From contig BCKQ01000003.1 of the NCBI GenBank assembly GCA_001600695.1, positions 1,206,940 to 1,270,939 on the forward strand: 64,000 bases of DNA, in the 5' to 3' direction. The notes under the pieces are model-generated. The model was not told the origin of the DNA. It did no database searches and worked only from the letters and a program-made list of their open reading frames with translations. The DNA is from Ascoidea asiatica JCM 7603. Lineage: Eukaryota; Fungi; Ascomycota. Both the position numbers and the translations under genes were made by a program. This document shows, piece after piece, positions 1 through 12,783 of this stretch (its first letter is position 1; each line of letters begins with the position of its first letter).

Positions 1-236
1 TTGCTTGGAATTTTTTTTGTAAAAATAATTTTAATTATGGCTATCTTGATGATGGAATGTCTTTAACATGGTCATTAGCATACATTGCCTCAATTGGAGG
101 TGGTCAATGATTTTTCAATCATTCATAATATACAACTGCATTATATAAAATATTTAATGAAAACTGATTAATGAATATAGATATACTGTATATATATATA
201 TAGTAAATTAAAAATGCAATATATTTACATAAAGAA

Positions 237-800
237 TTATAATTTAGCTAAAATTGAATCAGCACCACTAACAGAGACTCCACTTTTAGTTTCTTGTTCG
301 GAATAGACAACTATGCCATTTTTAACAACAATAGCATATCTTGAAGTTCTAAGTCCCATACCATTAGCACTTGCATCCTTTGTGTAACCGATTGAATTTG
401 AAAATTGAGTATTTCCATCACTTGCAAATACAACTTTTGGAGTGAAAGTAGATTCTAAAGTTTCCTTTAATGAAAATGGTAATTCTTTTGAACTGAATAA
501 ATCTTTTTTCCAAGCATTTAAAACAAAGCAATCATTGTTCGAAATAATTAAAATTAAATCAACTTTTTTAGTTTTGAAATCATCCAATTTTTTCAAGATA
601 TCTGGAATATGAGTATTACTACATGTTGGAGTAAAAGCACCAGGAACCGAAACTATAATAAAAGTTTTATATTTCTTCATAAATTCATCATCAATTGTTA
701 ATTTCAATGGTCTTGAGCATGCATTAGTTTCTAGATCTATATCAAGATGTCTGAATTCAAAACCTGTTGGGAATTTGGAATTAACTTTTAAGCCAGTCAT
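237..800 (-). CDS. Peroxisomal type II (Prx5-like) peroxiredoxin, Ahp1/Pmp20 family
   Basis: VPGAFTPTCS peroxidatic-Cys motif, N-terminal Cys (NACSRP) like the Ahp1 resolving Cys, GLRTSRYA, C-terminal PTS1 -AKL. Confidence 0.9.
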   Translation of the reverse strand: MTGLKVNSKFPTGFEFRHLDIDLETNACSRPLKLTIDDEFMKKYKTFIIVSVPGAFTPTCSNTHIPDILKKLDDFKTKKVDLILIISNNDCFVLNAWKKDLFSSKELPFSLKETLESTFTPKVVFASDGNTQFSNSIGYTKDASANGMGLRTSRYAIVVKNGIVVYSEQETKSGVSVSGADSILAKL

Positions 801-1278
801 TGTTGAATTAGTTCACGATATTAGCACTTGGATATGAAAATATATTCAATAGGAAAATGAGTTTTTGATTCTTTTCTAATTGAATTATCTGAAGAATTGA
901 AAGTATCAACTCAAGAATTCTTTTTGCAAATGAAAAAAATAATGGATTTTTTTATTACTTTATATGATTAGTAACTACTCGAGTTTGCCCGGTATTAGAG
1001 ATGGAGATGCTGTAGATCGGGTTTGAATCGCTCCTCCGAGATCAGTTCTATTTCAGGATTTAAATACAAAACAATAGAGTAAATAATCAAAAAAGATAAT
1101 ACTTATTGAAACTTATTGAAATTCGTTATTAATTGGAAGATTATATATATATATAAAGATAAAAGAAATAAAACTGATCTATATATTGTATACTATAAAG
1201 TTTTAAAAGCGATTGGCAATTACTGAAAGAGTTCATCCCTTTTTTTGCAGTAAAAAAAAAAAATCAAAAACATTCATA

Positions 1279-2244
1279 TTAATCAACAATATCCATTATT
1301 TCTTTTATGAAATCAAAATAAGAAAACAGTGCATAAGGATCATTAGAACTATAATTTTTTTCTTTGAGGTTATTATTTTTCTCATGTTTTATGAAAATTT
1401 GAGTTAATTGAATAATCAAAAGTATACTTTCAACAAAAGAGTCAAATTTCATGACATTATTATTATCATTGGTAGAATGAGAAGGAGGTAAAAGTATTGA
1501 ATATTTTCTAAATATGAAACTATTCAAATCCCTTGATAAATTAAATTTCAAGCCTATCAAAGCATTATTGAATTCATTTTCATCGATATAAAAATTTTTA
1601 TCAATATCTGAATTTGAAAAAATATTTCTCCACGATAAAATCCCATCAAATAAAAGTTTAAATTCATCGAAATCTAATAGAAGTGAACTGTTTAAATTAC
1701 CATTGTTTGAAAGATTTTTATTTGGTAAAAATTTTTTTATTAATGATTTTATAGTTGAGATCCTAAAAGATGAGGAGTCATCATTTCTTAAGGCTAATTG
1801 TAATTCATAAAGATTTAAATATCCATCATTATTTCTATCCACTCTTTTGAAAGAATTTTTTAATTGATCTTTCATTGATAATGGTTGCTTTATTTCATTT
1901 TCATCTGTTACTGGACTTTGATGAGGCAATGAAGAATTTCCATTTGTTGATGATTGCTTATTCATAGCAAATTCATTAGCAGCTTCCATTGTTGAAAACA
2001 TTCTTGTATCTGTTATAGGCTGATGTTTATTTATAATTTCATTATCATTTTGAATCTCTGGAGATTTAGATTGAGACTGAGATTCAGGTTGATTCAACTC
2101 TCTTGGAGTTGTGAACATGATTAAATCATCTCCTTTATATTTATTTAAGCTCGGATCTGATCTGTTGATTGGCAAAGAATTTTCTTCTTTAATGCTCTTT
2201 GATTGATGTGATTTTTGTTTCAATTTCATATGACTCAAAAACAT
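1279..2244 (-). CDS. PEF1: Penta-EF-hand protein (peflin)
   Basis: EF hands DRNNDGYLNLYEL and DIDKNFYIDENEF, ALRNDDSSSF, C-terminal FSYFDFI; low-complexity N-terminus. Confidence 0.8.
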   Translation of the reverse strand: MFLSHMKLKQKSHQSKSIKEENSLPINRSDPSLNKYKGDDLIMFTTPRELNQPESQSQSKSPEIQNDNEIINKHQPITDTRMFSTMEAANEFAMNKQSSTNGNSSLPHQSPVTDENEIKQPLSMKDQLKNSFKRVDRNNDGYLNLYELQLALRNDDSSSFRISTIKSLIKKFLPNKNLSNNGNLNSSLLLDFDEFKLLFDGILSWRNIFSNSDIDKNFYIDENEFNNALIGLKFNLSRDLNSFIFRKYSILLPPSHSTNDNNNVMKFDSFVESILLIIQLTQIFIKHEKNNNLKEKNYSSNDPYALFSYFDFIKEIMDIVD

Positions 2245-5200
2245 TTTAAATTGATGTTGAATTAGATTATTAGTACTGTATTTTTATTTATATCTAAATT
2301 GAATTTTTTTTTAGAAATAAAGGGTTTTAAATAATTAGAAAAAAAGTTAATTGGATGAAAATATTGTAGAAAAAGGAGAATATCAATCTGATAATTAGAA
2401 AAATAAATTTGCTGAACAGTTGTTAGAATTAACTAATTGAAATTGCAAGTAGTTTATCAAGAGGTTGTAAACACAAAAATAATAACTTTCTGTTTGAAAC
2501 CGACAACATGCTTTTTTTTATGTATTTGGTATCATTGGAAAATGCTAACAATAAGTAAATGAATACAAATATAATTAGCTTGTGAAGGGTACCTACATGT
2601 TTACCCTGAATTTATCATAATTACATAAAAAAATTATTTGATTTATAATAGATTTTTGAAATAAAAAGAGCACTTTTTGAATTACACAATTATTGTTCGT
2701 TTTTATTGCATCTTTTTACCTTTTTTTATATTCAGCAGTTGAACTAAGTTCATAAACTTTACAAAATTTAATGTATTCTTCCGGAATTGGAATTAGTCGA
2801 TTTTATTTAGGACATCTAAATCTAATATTTGGGACGAAGTTTATTGGATTTCCCAAGTTTAAGATTTTGAGTAAAACTAAATCATTTGGTTGATATTATA
2901 TTAATGACATTTGAGCAAAAAAAAAGAATTGTAAAGAATAAAAAAACAAGGTGCTTTTTTTCAAATTGATTATTAATGTTACCATTGATCATTTTTATAA
3001 TTTTGGAAAACCGAACTAAATTTTACGAACAATGTTTTAAAAACTTTCCAGTTTTTTTTCTTTGGATAACCAATAATACAATTTTTTTAATAAAATAACC
3101 TGATAAACTCCAATCTTAATTTTTAAAGAATCTTTTCAGGTTGCTAATATATTATTGAGATGTAAAAAAGTAAAGTAAATTGACGCAGGTTTTATGAACA
3201 GCACGTTTCCACTTTTTTCAATTGCATTCTAAATTTCACTTTAGATGAGTCAAATTCCAAAACCTAAATTGTGCACAATAATACACTTTGATGCTTAAAA
3301 AAAAGTATTGTGCAGTCATATACCGACTTTTTTTTTTTAGTGTCAGAATAACGGTAATAGTTACCCTAATATAAATATGATGTAACACCAAATAAAAAAA
3401 ATTGTTAAGTCGATAATTTCTCCTTAAATTGAATAAATAATCATTATTAAGGGTTTCTGAAAAAAATTGAAATTTAAAAATGAGAGTAATCTTTGAATAT
3501 TATTCTATTACATTATTAGAAAAATTTGAAAGGAAAAAACCTTTAATAGAAACATTAATATATTTGGTTCCATTTATAATAAGCTTTCAATTTTTAGGTT
3601 TTTCTCTTTCAAAAAGATGTGAGTGGGGGAAAGAAAAAGAAAAAAAAAAAAAAAATGAAAAGAAATTAATTACAAAAATCAAAATTTTAATAACATTTTT
3701 TAATCAAAATATCTAATTGAGAATTAATTAAGTTACAATTGGGGAATTTTCGAGAAGAAAAAGATTGGCAAATGACTTTCAGATACTTACTTTTAAATTT
3801 TTTTTTTCTTTTTTTTTTTCTTTTACATTTGCCTACCCATACCTGTAAGATTTTTTCATATAAAAAGTTATTATCTGGGAATTTCCAAATTCGCTCTATT
3901 TTGAAATATTTTAGGATATGAAAATTTAATAAAAGCATGTTGAAAATGCACCTTCTTCTTTTTCTTTTTACTTACCAAATGAATTTGAAATCAGAACCAG
4001 ATTTTGAGATTTTGGGTGTCGTAGAAAAAACGAACTCTGTTCCATCTAATATTTCATTATTTTGCAACCATCCAAACTTGAAATCTTATAATGTCTTAGT
4101 CTAGAATATAATAGGAAAAATTTTTTACTGGACGAGTGAAATTGGAGTTACTCTGTTAAAAAAGATAGCCTTTTATGGAAAAAAAAATAAAAAAAACTGC
4201 ACAAAGATTGTACCTACATTTTTTTTTTTGAAAATGTTTAATTATTTGTTCAATGACTAATAAACTGAAATTTGTTTTTGAAAACTTAACGTTACTACGT
4301 TGTTTTAAAAGATTTCAGAGTAACAAAAACCACCATTTGTGTTATCCTAAGTTGTAGAAGTCAGCAATATGAAATCCAGAGTTATGGTTCGTTAAAATGT
4401 TACGCAAATCTGCGGCAAACTGCTCATCACGGATATACGTGGATTACCCAAATATAGTAAAGTAAGGGAATAAATTGTAAAAACAAAAGGAAAAGTGAAA
4501 TTGCGCGAAATCTGGGATTTCACATAAGCCCCAGTAGCTGTTTTGCAGTCGTAGCAGCACAGTAAGGCTGAAAGTAGCAAACGCATGCGGAGGCCAGAGA
4601 TAGAGCGCTCACCCTTTGCGAAGTCATCTGCAGGCCCGCAACTCCATTTTACTGCACTTGGCTGGCTGTGGCTGGTGGCGGGTGAAATGTGGTAGTACCG
4701 AGCAACCCCTAGAACTGCAACAACTTTCTGATATTCCCCTAATAAATGGTCTTGTAATAAACATGGGTTTGCAAAGCCCAAATCAAACAGGGAAAGTCAC
4801 AGGACCGGTAGGGAAGCTACGGAACCTGTTGATATTGAAATTAAAAGCGGGTCTGAAGGTGGGTAACTAGCGGATGGGTTTCCGGCAGATTGAAAAGATA
4901 TCGGATGCAAATATGTAGATTTTATTTCATATTGGGAAACTTTTAATTTTCATAAAGAATAAATGAAGCAGCTTCTGCTTCTTCTTGTACGGAAGGAAAT
5001 AATTATCAAAGATGAGAAGAATGAATTTTTCATCTATTTATAGTCACATTCCCAAGATTCTATGTTTAGCAGTCGCTAGAAGGAAAATCAGCCTAACGAA
5101 AACAGGAGCAAAGCCATTGAAAGCAGTACCAAAAAAAATGCCAATTAGACAATAATCAAAGCTAACGGAATAGATTCCGACAAACTCCATATATCACGGA

Positions 5201-6648
5201 TATATGCTGCCCTACACAAAGAGGACATTTTTATTTATACCTTCCTCAGTGAGTTAAATCCTTGACCGGACCGCATCAAATCCGAAATTTGAACAGTGTT
5301 GCTGGTCCGCCAGATTCTGAAAGTCACACATAAGCTAGATTAGCCAGGAAAACCAAGTAAACCAGATACAGTAAATGCACCAAAAACATCATAAAACCCA
5401 CTAGGATGGGCACTAAGCTAGTGTATATTTAGCCCAAGTTACTATCAATCCGGAAGCAAACTGCCCAGGAAATGTCTTGGTTTTTGCCCAGAAATATTAT
5501 GGAAATAAACTGGGAAATGCTTTAGAAATCCCTGGTAAAACGGATCAAGGAAGTTACACGAAAAGCAACTTCAGGCCAGCTTTTGCAAACTGAAAAAACA
5601 TAGAAAAACATAAGAAACTTATTTTAGAACTTTTGATTATATTTAGGCAAAAGTTTATATCTTTTGAAATTGAAAATCAAAGAGAATCTGCAAGAAAAGT
5701 TAACTCCTGTTTCATCAAATCTTAAAACCCAAGCCAATTAACCTTGGCTTTCAATTCTATTTTACCAAATCTTATTACTAATTTTCTTAAATATCTATTA
5801 AAATTTATTCATATTATTCAATATTATTCATGCTAATCAATACTATTCGTACCATTCGTATTATTCTTTTAATTTCAAACTGCTTACTCTAGTAATATTT
5901 CTCACAATCCATACAACTTAGGTTATTTTAAGAAGAAAAAAGAAAAGTCCCAGGCTGAAAAACACTCCAAACAACCTTCAAAAGAAACTATTCTTTAAAT
6001 TTCACATATTAAAACTTATTATCAATTAATAACTCTTTATATCATACTGTACTGTTATCAAGTTTATTATCAAAATTTCATAATTCTTTCAATATTTCTA
6101 CAGCTTAAATTATAGTTACTTTGTAAAATGAATCTTGGTTTTGCTTTTTTTTAAAAGTCAATTTCACCACCACCCTTTTATTTATAATTCAAAATTTTTA
6201 TATCTATACTGAATTTTGAAACTAATATAAATTATTCACTAATTCCCCCTTTACATTACTTAATTTATTATTCGTTTTCTTTTCATTCATTATTCTTTAT
6301 ATATTAATCACTGTTAATTAATATTCATTTAAATTTGGATTATTGATTATTGATTGTTTATTATATATAATATATTTCAAAGATAGCTAATGTATACTAT
6401 ATTATATTATATAATTAATCGGTCTTTCATATAAAATAGTCAAATTATTATATATCAAAATAATCAGATAATCAGATAATTAAGTTTTTTTTTTTATAAA
6501 TTTGATTCAATTTCTCAAAGAAGAAAACTAAAAAAAAAACTAAATACTCTCGCTTTAATAATATAATTTAAATTCAATTATATTGATTCTTTCCTTTAGC
6601 AATTAATTTATTATATAAAATATTTCTTTGATAATAATTTAATTCATA

Positions 6649-7941
6649 ATGTTTTCAAAAACAATATATATATTGTTTTTAACATTTTTCATTTCTTTCA
6701 CAATTTCTTCACCAATAACATCAAAAAATATTTTAAAGAAAAAAGATATTTTATCAAATTCAAAAAGAGATGTATATGATTATCAAGGTCAAAAAATCCA
6801 AGGTATTAATTTAGGTGGTTGGTTAGTATTAGAACCTTTTATAACTCCATCTTTATTTACTTATGATGATTCAGATCCAATTGATGAATATACTTTAACT
6901 ACTTATCTTGGTAAAGACACAGCTTTAGAAGTTTTATCAAATCATTGGAATACTTGGTTAACTGAAGATGATTTCAAAGACATTGCAAATTATGGTTTAA
7001 ATGCTGTTAGAATTCCAATTGGTTATTGGGCTTTTTATCTTAATGATGACGATCCTTATGTTCAAGGTCAAGCTGATATTTTAGAAAATGCAATCACCTG
7101 GGCAAGAAATAATAGTTTAAAAGTTTGGGTTGATTTACATGGTGCTGTTGGTTCTCAAAATGGTTTTGATAACTCTGGTCAAAGAGATGTTTTAGATTGG
7201 CAAAATTATGATAATGTTAATAAAACTTTACAAGCTTTAGATTCATTATTAGATAGATTTGCAACTGAAGAAAATGAAGATACAATCATTGGTTTTGAAT
7301 TAATTAATGAACCTTTAGGACCTTCTTTATCTCTAGATAAAATTAAGGAATATTTTGTTAGTGGTTATAATTTAGTAAGAAATACTCATGGTTCCTCAAA
7401 TAATGTTATCATTCATGATGCATTTGAAGCTGTTAATTATTGGGATGATTTTATGTTAACTTCTGATAATTATTATAATGTTGTTTTAGATCATCATCAT
7501 TATCAAGTATTTTCAACTGGTGAATTACAAAGAACACTTGATGAACATGTTGCTTATGCATGTTATTTAGGATCTCAAGAAACAACAGAAACACACTGGA
7601 ATATTATTGGTGAATGGTCAGCAGCTTTAACAGATTGTGCATATTGGTTAAATGGTGCAGGAAGAGGTGCAAGATATGATTCTTCATATGATGATGCAAC
7701 ATATGTTGGATCTTGTGATGGTATTAGTGATATTTCAAGTTGGGATGATACTCAAAAAACTAATACTAGAAAATATATTGAAGCTCAATTAGATGCATAT
7801 TCAACTAATGAAGGATGGTTTTTCTGGACTTATAAAACTGAAAGTACAGTTGAATGGGATTTCAAAGTTTTAGCAGATAACGGTTTATTTCCACAACCTC
7901 TTGATGATCGTCAATATGGTGAACAATGTTGGTATTCTTAA
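6649..7941 (+). CDS. EXG1: Secreted exo-1,3-beta-glucanase (GH5)
   Basis: Signal peptide, KR Kex2 site, GINLGGWLVLEPFITPSLF, catalytic NEP and GEWS, DHHHYQVF. Confidence 0.95.
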   Translation: MFSKTIYILFLTFFISFTISSPITSKNILKKKDILSNSKRDVYDYQGQKIQGINLGGWLVLEPFITPSLFTYDDSDPIDEYTLTTYLGKDTALEVLSNHWNTWLTEDDFKDIANYGLNAVRIPIGYWAFYLNDDDPYVQGQADILENAITWARNNSLKVWVDLHGAVGSQNGFDNSGQRDVLDWQNYDNVNKTLQALDSLLDRFATEENEDTIIGFELINEPLGPSLSLDKIKEYFVSGYNLVRNTHGSSNNVIIHDAFEAVNYWDDFMLTSDNYYNVVLDHHHYQVFSTGELQRTLDEHVAYACYLGSQETTETHWNIIGEWSAALTDCAYWLNGAGRGARYDSSYDDATYVGSCDGISDISSWDDTQKTNTRKYIEAQLDAYSTNEGWFFWTYKTESTVEWDFKVLADNGLFPQPLDDRQYGEQCWYS

Positions 7942-8714
7942 AAAAATTAATTTAAAATGATTTTTCTTTTAATATATATAAATCATATATACTATAAATT
8001 TTTTTTTTTTTGAATTTTTTTTTGTTCAAGCAGTTGCAAAATTAGATCTTTATATGAAATTTCTTTAATTATTAACCCCTTTAACCTTTTCTTTCTTAAT
8101 GTTGACAAATCTTAGAAAAGTTCAATTTTTTATAACCTTTAATTTTATCTTTCTTCAAATTATTTTCAATATTTTTTTTCCCTATTCATTTATTTATCTT
8201 CAGGCACTTTTAATGAAAAAAAAAGAGAAACTAATGTTACATTCGATAAATTAATGATAAATTCAATACATTCAAATATATTCAATAATCTTTAATTAAA
8301 AAAAAAAGTATTTAAAGACTTTGTAGACCTTTACAGAGCCTTTTGGCTTAGGAGGTTGTCAGGCAATTTTGAGCCTCAATTGCTAGGATAAATGTAACAA
8401 TCAAATATCGTGATAACTAAAACGATTTCTCATATTGAATTTTTTATAACGGAGTCGTCAATTGCAGCAAATTCATTTCAACCACAACACCAGCATAAAA
8501 TCCACTTTATTTTGAAGAGAGAACTTTCTACTAATATTAACATAATTAAGTTGAGATTTAGGTCAATCTTAATTTTCAAACCTAAAGCTGCATATTTAAC
8601 TGGCCAATAGTCTGCGGGCATCGGATAAACTTCTTACTTTTGTGCATCTGAGTTGCTGGTTAAGCGCAGCATTGATGGAACACGAGCACAACGCAAGTTT
8701 AACACAACACAAAA

Positions 8715-8750
8715 ATTGAAAGCACGTTATTGAAAGCACGTTATTGAAAG
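8715..8750 (+). repeat. 14-bp tandem repeat ATTGAAAGCACGTT (x2.6) carrying GCACGTT E-box-like sites
   Basis: Read directly, upstream of the first MFS gene. Confidence 0.8.
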
Positions 8751-9522
8751 TTCTGCGTTGGGACAGAAAGTGTGTGTAGTAAATCGCGGACATTCAACTT
8801 GAATATTTCTGCCGAGAAAAGGATATCATATTTTCTTAAATGGAAACTTTCCCGCTCACAAAGGTTTTATTCAGTTTCAATGCGGGATTCTGTTTAATAA
8901 TTTATTACCCGAACACTTCCTGCGTTTGAACATCACGTGTGATAGGAATTAAGGCCATTTATAGAAACCAATCATTTGGTGTTCTGTTCGCGAACACCAA
9001 ATTGGTGTTTATTATTGGAAAATTATAATCAGGTCGGCAAAAAAATTAAATTAACTGTTAGATTTATATCGCTTTGCGTTTTACATTTAAATTTATTTCA
9101 GATCAAACTTTTGACTATGCTATTTCTAAAGCATATTGTCTATAGTCCATATCTACAGAAATATCATTTGTTAAACTATTTTTTAATTAAGTCCTCTGAT
9201 TCATTGAAATGTTTTAAATCGGTTTTAAATAAGCTGTAATCATTAATAATGTTATAGTTATTGCATATTAATTTATCTCGAGAAATGATAACCAGTCTAA
9301 TATGTTTTATTTTCATTTATTTCATTATGTTTGTGGTTTTGATCAATTTTTCGTTATTTATTTAAAAAGACCTTTATCCTTAAATCTTAGCTATTTATGT
9401 TTCTGGAAAGAGTACTTATGAAATTCTTTATACTTTCTACAATGAATCAATTCTAATTTGATTTCTGTTTTAAAAATTAATAAATTTAATTTAATTTCAA
9501 AATATATTATATCATAATTAAA

Positions 9523-11256
9523 ATGGCGAAACAATCTTTCTTGAACCAACTTAAAACTTTTCCAATTGCTCAAATAAGTATAGTTCTTTTAGCAAGATTA
9601 GCAGAACCAATAAATTTTTCATCAGTATTTCCATATATTTATTTTATGGTTAGAGATTTTCATATTGCGAAAAATGAATCAGATATTTCAAAATTCACAA
9701 GTTATTTTCCTTCTGTTTTTGCTTTAGCTCAGGTTTTTACTTCAATAAAATGGTTTCAATTCAGTCAAATTCATGGTAGAAAATTAACGATAATTATTGG
9801 TTTATCTGGAAGTTTTTTATCTGCAATTTTATTTGGATTATCTCCAAATTATTATGTTGCACTTTTTTCAAAATTTATAATGGGCTCATTAAATGGTAAT
9901 ATTCCTGTTATAAGAACAATTGTTGGAGAAATTGCAACTGAAAGAAAACATCAAGCAATTGCTTTTGGTAGTATTCCATTAATATGGTATCTTGGCTCTG
10001 TGATTGGACCATTCATTGGTGGTACTTTTGCAACTCCAAATAAAAAAGATGACTATTATAATGATATAAACAATAATATTTTTAATAATAGTCCATCAAA
10101 TTATTTGATTTTTAAAAAATTTCCATATTTCTTACCAAATTTAATTTGTGCAATAATACTTTTATTTAGTATAACATTTTTTTTCTTATTTTTTGAGGAA
10201 ACTTGTCCTAAATTAAAAAATGAATATGATTTCGGTTTAGTCTTAGGTGATTATTTATTAAAATTTTTTGGTTTAAAAAATGAAAATTTTAAAAGACCTT
10301 GGGAAATTAAAAAATTGAACGAAAATAATAATTCAAATATAAACTTTAATAGAGTATCAACCTCAAACGATTCATTGGTTATTTTTGAAGGGACTCCCAC
10401 ATGCGAATCTGAACCATTGATAAAAAAAAATAATTCAATTCAACAAAATAAATCAAATAGATCACTGACTATTGAAGAAGAGGAACAAGAAGTTAGTAAA
10501 ATTCCTTGGAAAGAGATTTTTTTAAAATCGGAAAATAATAGATTGATATTAGCATACTTTTACTTGGGATTATTTGAAGTTATTTATCTTCAATTTTTTC
10601 CAGTTTTCTTATCAATAAATTTTTCTGATGATTCTAAATTTCCGTTTAAAATAGCTGGAGGTCTTGGATTTGATTCAGATATGATTGGTATATTACTTTC
10701 AAGTACAGGGGTTGTGGGTATAATTGCAATTTTATGTTTCTTCCCATTGTTAGATAGATATTTTGCCCCAGTTAAAGTTTTTAGATTTTTACAAAGAATT
10801 TATCCATTTATTGCATTTTTTTTACCATTTGTTATTTTTTTATTACCAGAAAATTTATATAATGATCCTTTATTGCCTAATGATGAGAGAAATTTGAAAC
10901 TTACAAAAATTGCATTATATGCTATATCAATGTCAACTATGATTTGTGATTCATTATCATTTCCTACTTTAAATTTATTATTACATATTGCTTCTCCTCC
11001 AAAATATAGAGCAATTATCAATACTTTGTCACTTTCTGGATCTTCTTTTGCCAGGTTCATTGGGCCTTTAATTTGGGGAAGATTAATTTCACTATCAGTA
11101 AAATATGAAATTGGTTGGCTAGCTTGGTGGATTCTATCCTTGATTTCAATTTTGGGTTATATTATAGGCCGTGAATTAGAAAAGGGAAAAGGCAATGAAG
11201 TAATGAAAGATGAATCAGATGAAGAAGTAAATGAAGAAATCAGTCAAGTAGTTTAA
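9523..11256 (+). CDS. MFS transporter, YCR023C/ZIFL-like, copy 1
   Basis: RLAEPI..SSVFPY, LNGNIPVIRTIVGEIATERKHQA, multiple hydrophobic helices. Confidence 0.9.
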   Translation: MAKQSFLNQLKTFPIAQISIVLLARLAEPINFSSVFPYIYFMVRDFHIAKNESDISKFTSYFPSVFALAQVFTSIKWFQFSQIHGRKLTIIIGLSGSFLSAILFGLSPNYYVALFSKFIMGSLNGNIPVIRTIVGEIATERKHQAIAFGSIPLIWYLGSVIGPFIGGTFATPNKKDDYYNDINNNIFNNSPSNYLIFKKFPYFLPNLICAIILLFSITFFFLFFEETCPKLKNEYDFGLVLGDYLLKFFGLKNENFKRPWEIKKLNENNNSNINFNRVSTSNDSLVIFEGTPTCESEPLIKKNNSIQQNKSNRSLTIEEEEQEVSKIPWKEIFLKSENNRLILAYFYLGLFEVIYLQFFPVFLSINFSDDSKFPFKIAGGLGFDSDMIGILLSSTGVVGIIAILCFFPLLDRYFAPVKVFRFLQRIYPFIAFFLPFVIFLLPENLYNDPLLPNDERNLKLTKIALYAISMSTMICDSLSFPTLNLLLHIASPPKYRAIINTLSLSGSSFARFIGPLIWGRLISLSVKYEIGWLAWWILSLISILGYIIGRELEKGKGNEVMKDESDEEVNEEISQVV

Positions 11257-12783
11257 TCCCTAATTCAATGACTAATATTTTGTTTTTGTTTCCGCCCTTT
11301 TTAAGCTTTTTTTTATTTTTTTTTTATTTTTATTTTTAACTTCTGATTTGAATCTTTTTTTTTGAAAATTTTCTCTTTAGATTTAGTTTACTTTTTTAGT
11401 TGTACTTTCTTTCATTTCTTACGAGTTTATTATTCTTTTTTATGCAAAACTTTGAGTCATAAGAATATGTTTTTTTTTGTAATGATAACAATGACAATCA
11501 TATTGATTGTACCCCAAGTTTGGCATTAGAGAAAGGTCCTATTTTAGCAGCACACTGCCCTGTATATTATCAATAATGTCCTACTCAACTGGAGTTCAAG
11601 ATTCGGGGCAGAAGTAGTACGCGAAAGCGCAGCGGGGGCAATGAAAACCACTCTCCTGGGTCTAATTTAGGTCTCATCCGAATCGTAAAATCCACTACAA
11701 GGCGTCCTGACATGGCTGTCTTGATTCCATCTCTAGCCAATAGAACTGCCGAATCTACAGTTATAAACAAAAAGGAATATTCAAAAAATAATTTAATAAT
11801 CAATTATCAACTACAATGCTGTAGTATCTGTAGCGTAATTTGTATTTTTTATAAATGATTTTATTTGCTTTAAAACAATTTTATTATTAAAAAGATTGAG
11901 AATTGAAGAGTAGTTGAGAAGCATGAAAACAAAAAGTAATAAATGAAATTAGAGATTTGTAAGTTTGGAAGTACTCTATTTCAGTCTTCGGCTGTTACAC
12001 AAGCACATAAAATTAAGTTAATTTCGGTTCTCATGTGTCACAAGAAGAAATTGTTTAAATTGTAAGAAACTCAATAAGGCAAACTGACTAGAAAGTTATT
12101 TTGAGAGTGATTTGAAAGTTGGCTTTTATTTATAATAAGTGTTAGACATATTTCTTCAAGATAAGATAAATCATTAGTGATTGGAAGAATCAGTTATGCG
12201 ATGATCACTAACATTCGCTGCTCAAATACTAAAATAAGAACAAATTGATTTTCTTTTCTTATTATTTTCGGTTACTTTTTAATGATCTTAATTGACTTTA
12301 AAGCTTTTAGTGTTTGTTACCTTTGATTGATTATACTGACAGTCCTTATTTCTTTTTCGAAATATTTTTCATTTACAATAATGGGGTTAGTCCTTTATCG
12401 GGCAGTTATAAGATTTACATTTGCCAATCACAATAAAGGCACTCAAATATAAATATAATACTAACAATTATTTATGTGTAACGGTAGTTTATTAATTCAA
12501 AATTTATATCTCAGATTTTCGTAAAACTTTAGATATAAAGGTCATTCTTTCTCCTCTATTCGGTTTCTCTTTATTACCATAATACTTCTTTAATCTTTTA
12601 AAGAAAAAAAATAAAATAAGATTGATTAGATTTATCATAATATTATAAATTATAACTCTATCAATAAAATTTACTTTAAAAAGGACTATGAAATCACGGA
12701 AAGTAAAAAAAATCTAATCTAAATTTAATCTTTCTTTCAATTAATTTTTATTAAATTTTCTTCTTAAAATTTCTTTTTAAAAA

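Noticed and set aside
4747-5050. RNase MRP-like arrangement: P3-like stem, GGGAAAGTCAC, two hairpins, ATAGTCA
   Set aside because: CR-I deviates from GAAAGUC(C/U)CC, no complementary CR-V/P4 strand was found, and GAAAGTCACA recurs at 5319 like a DNA motif. An Infernal scan would settle it.
8338-8351. GCCTTTTGGCTTAG, identical to part of the U2 snRNA 5' end (also TGTAGTATCTGT at 11820-11831)
   Set aside because: The matches do not extend, are 3.5 kb apart, and lack the rest of U2 and an Sm site; likely chance
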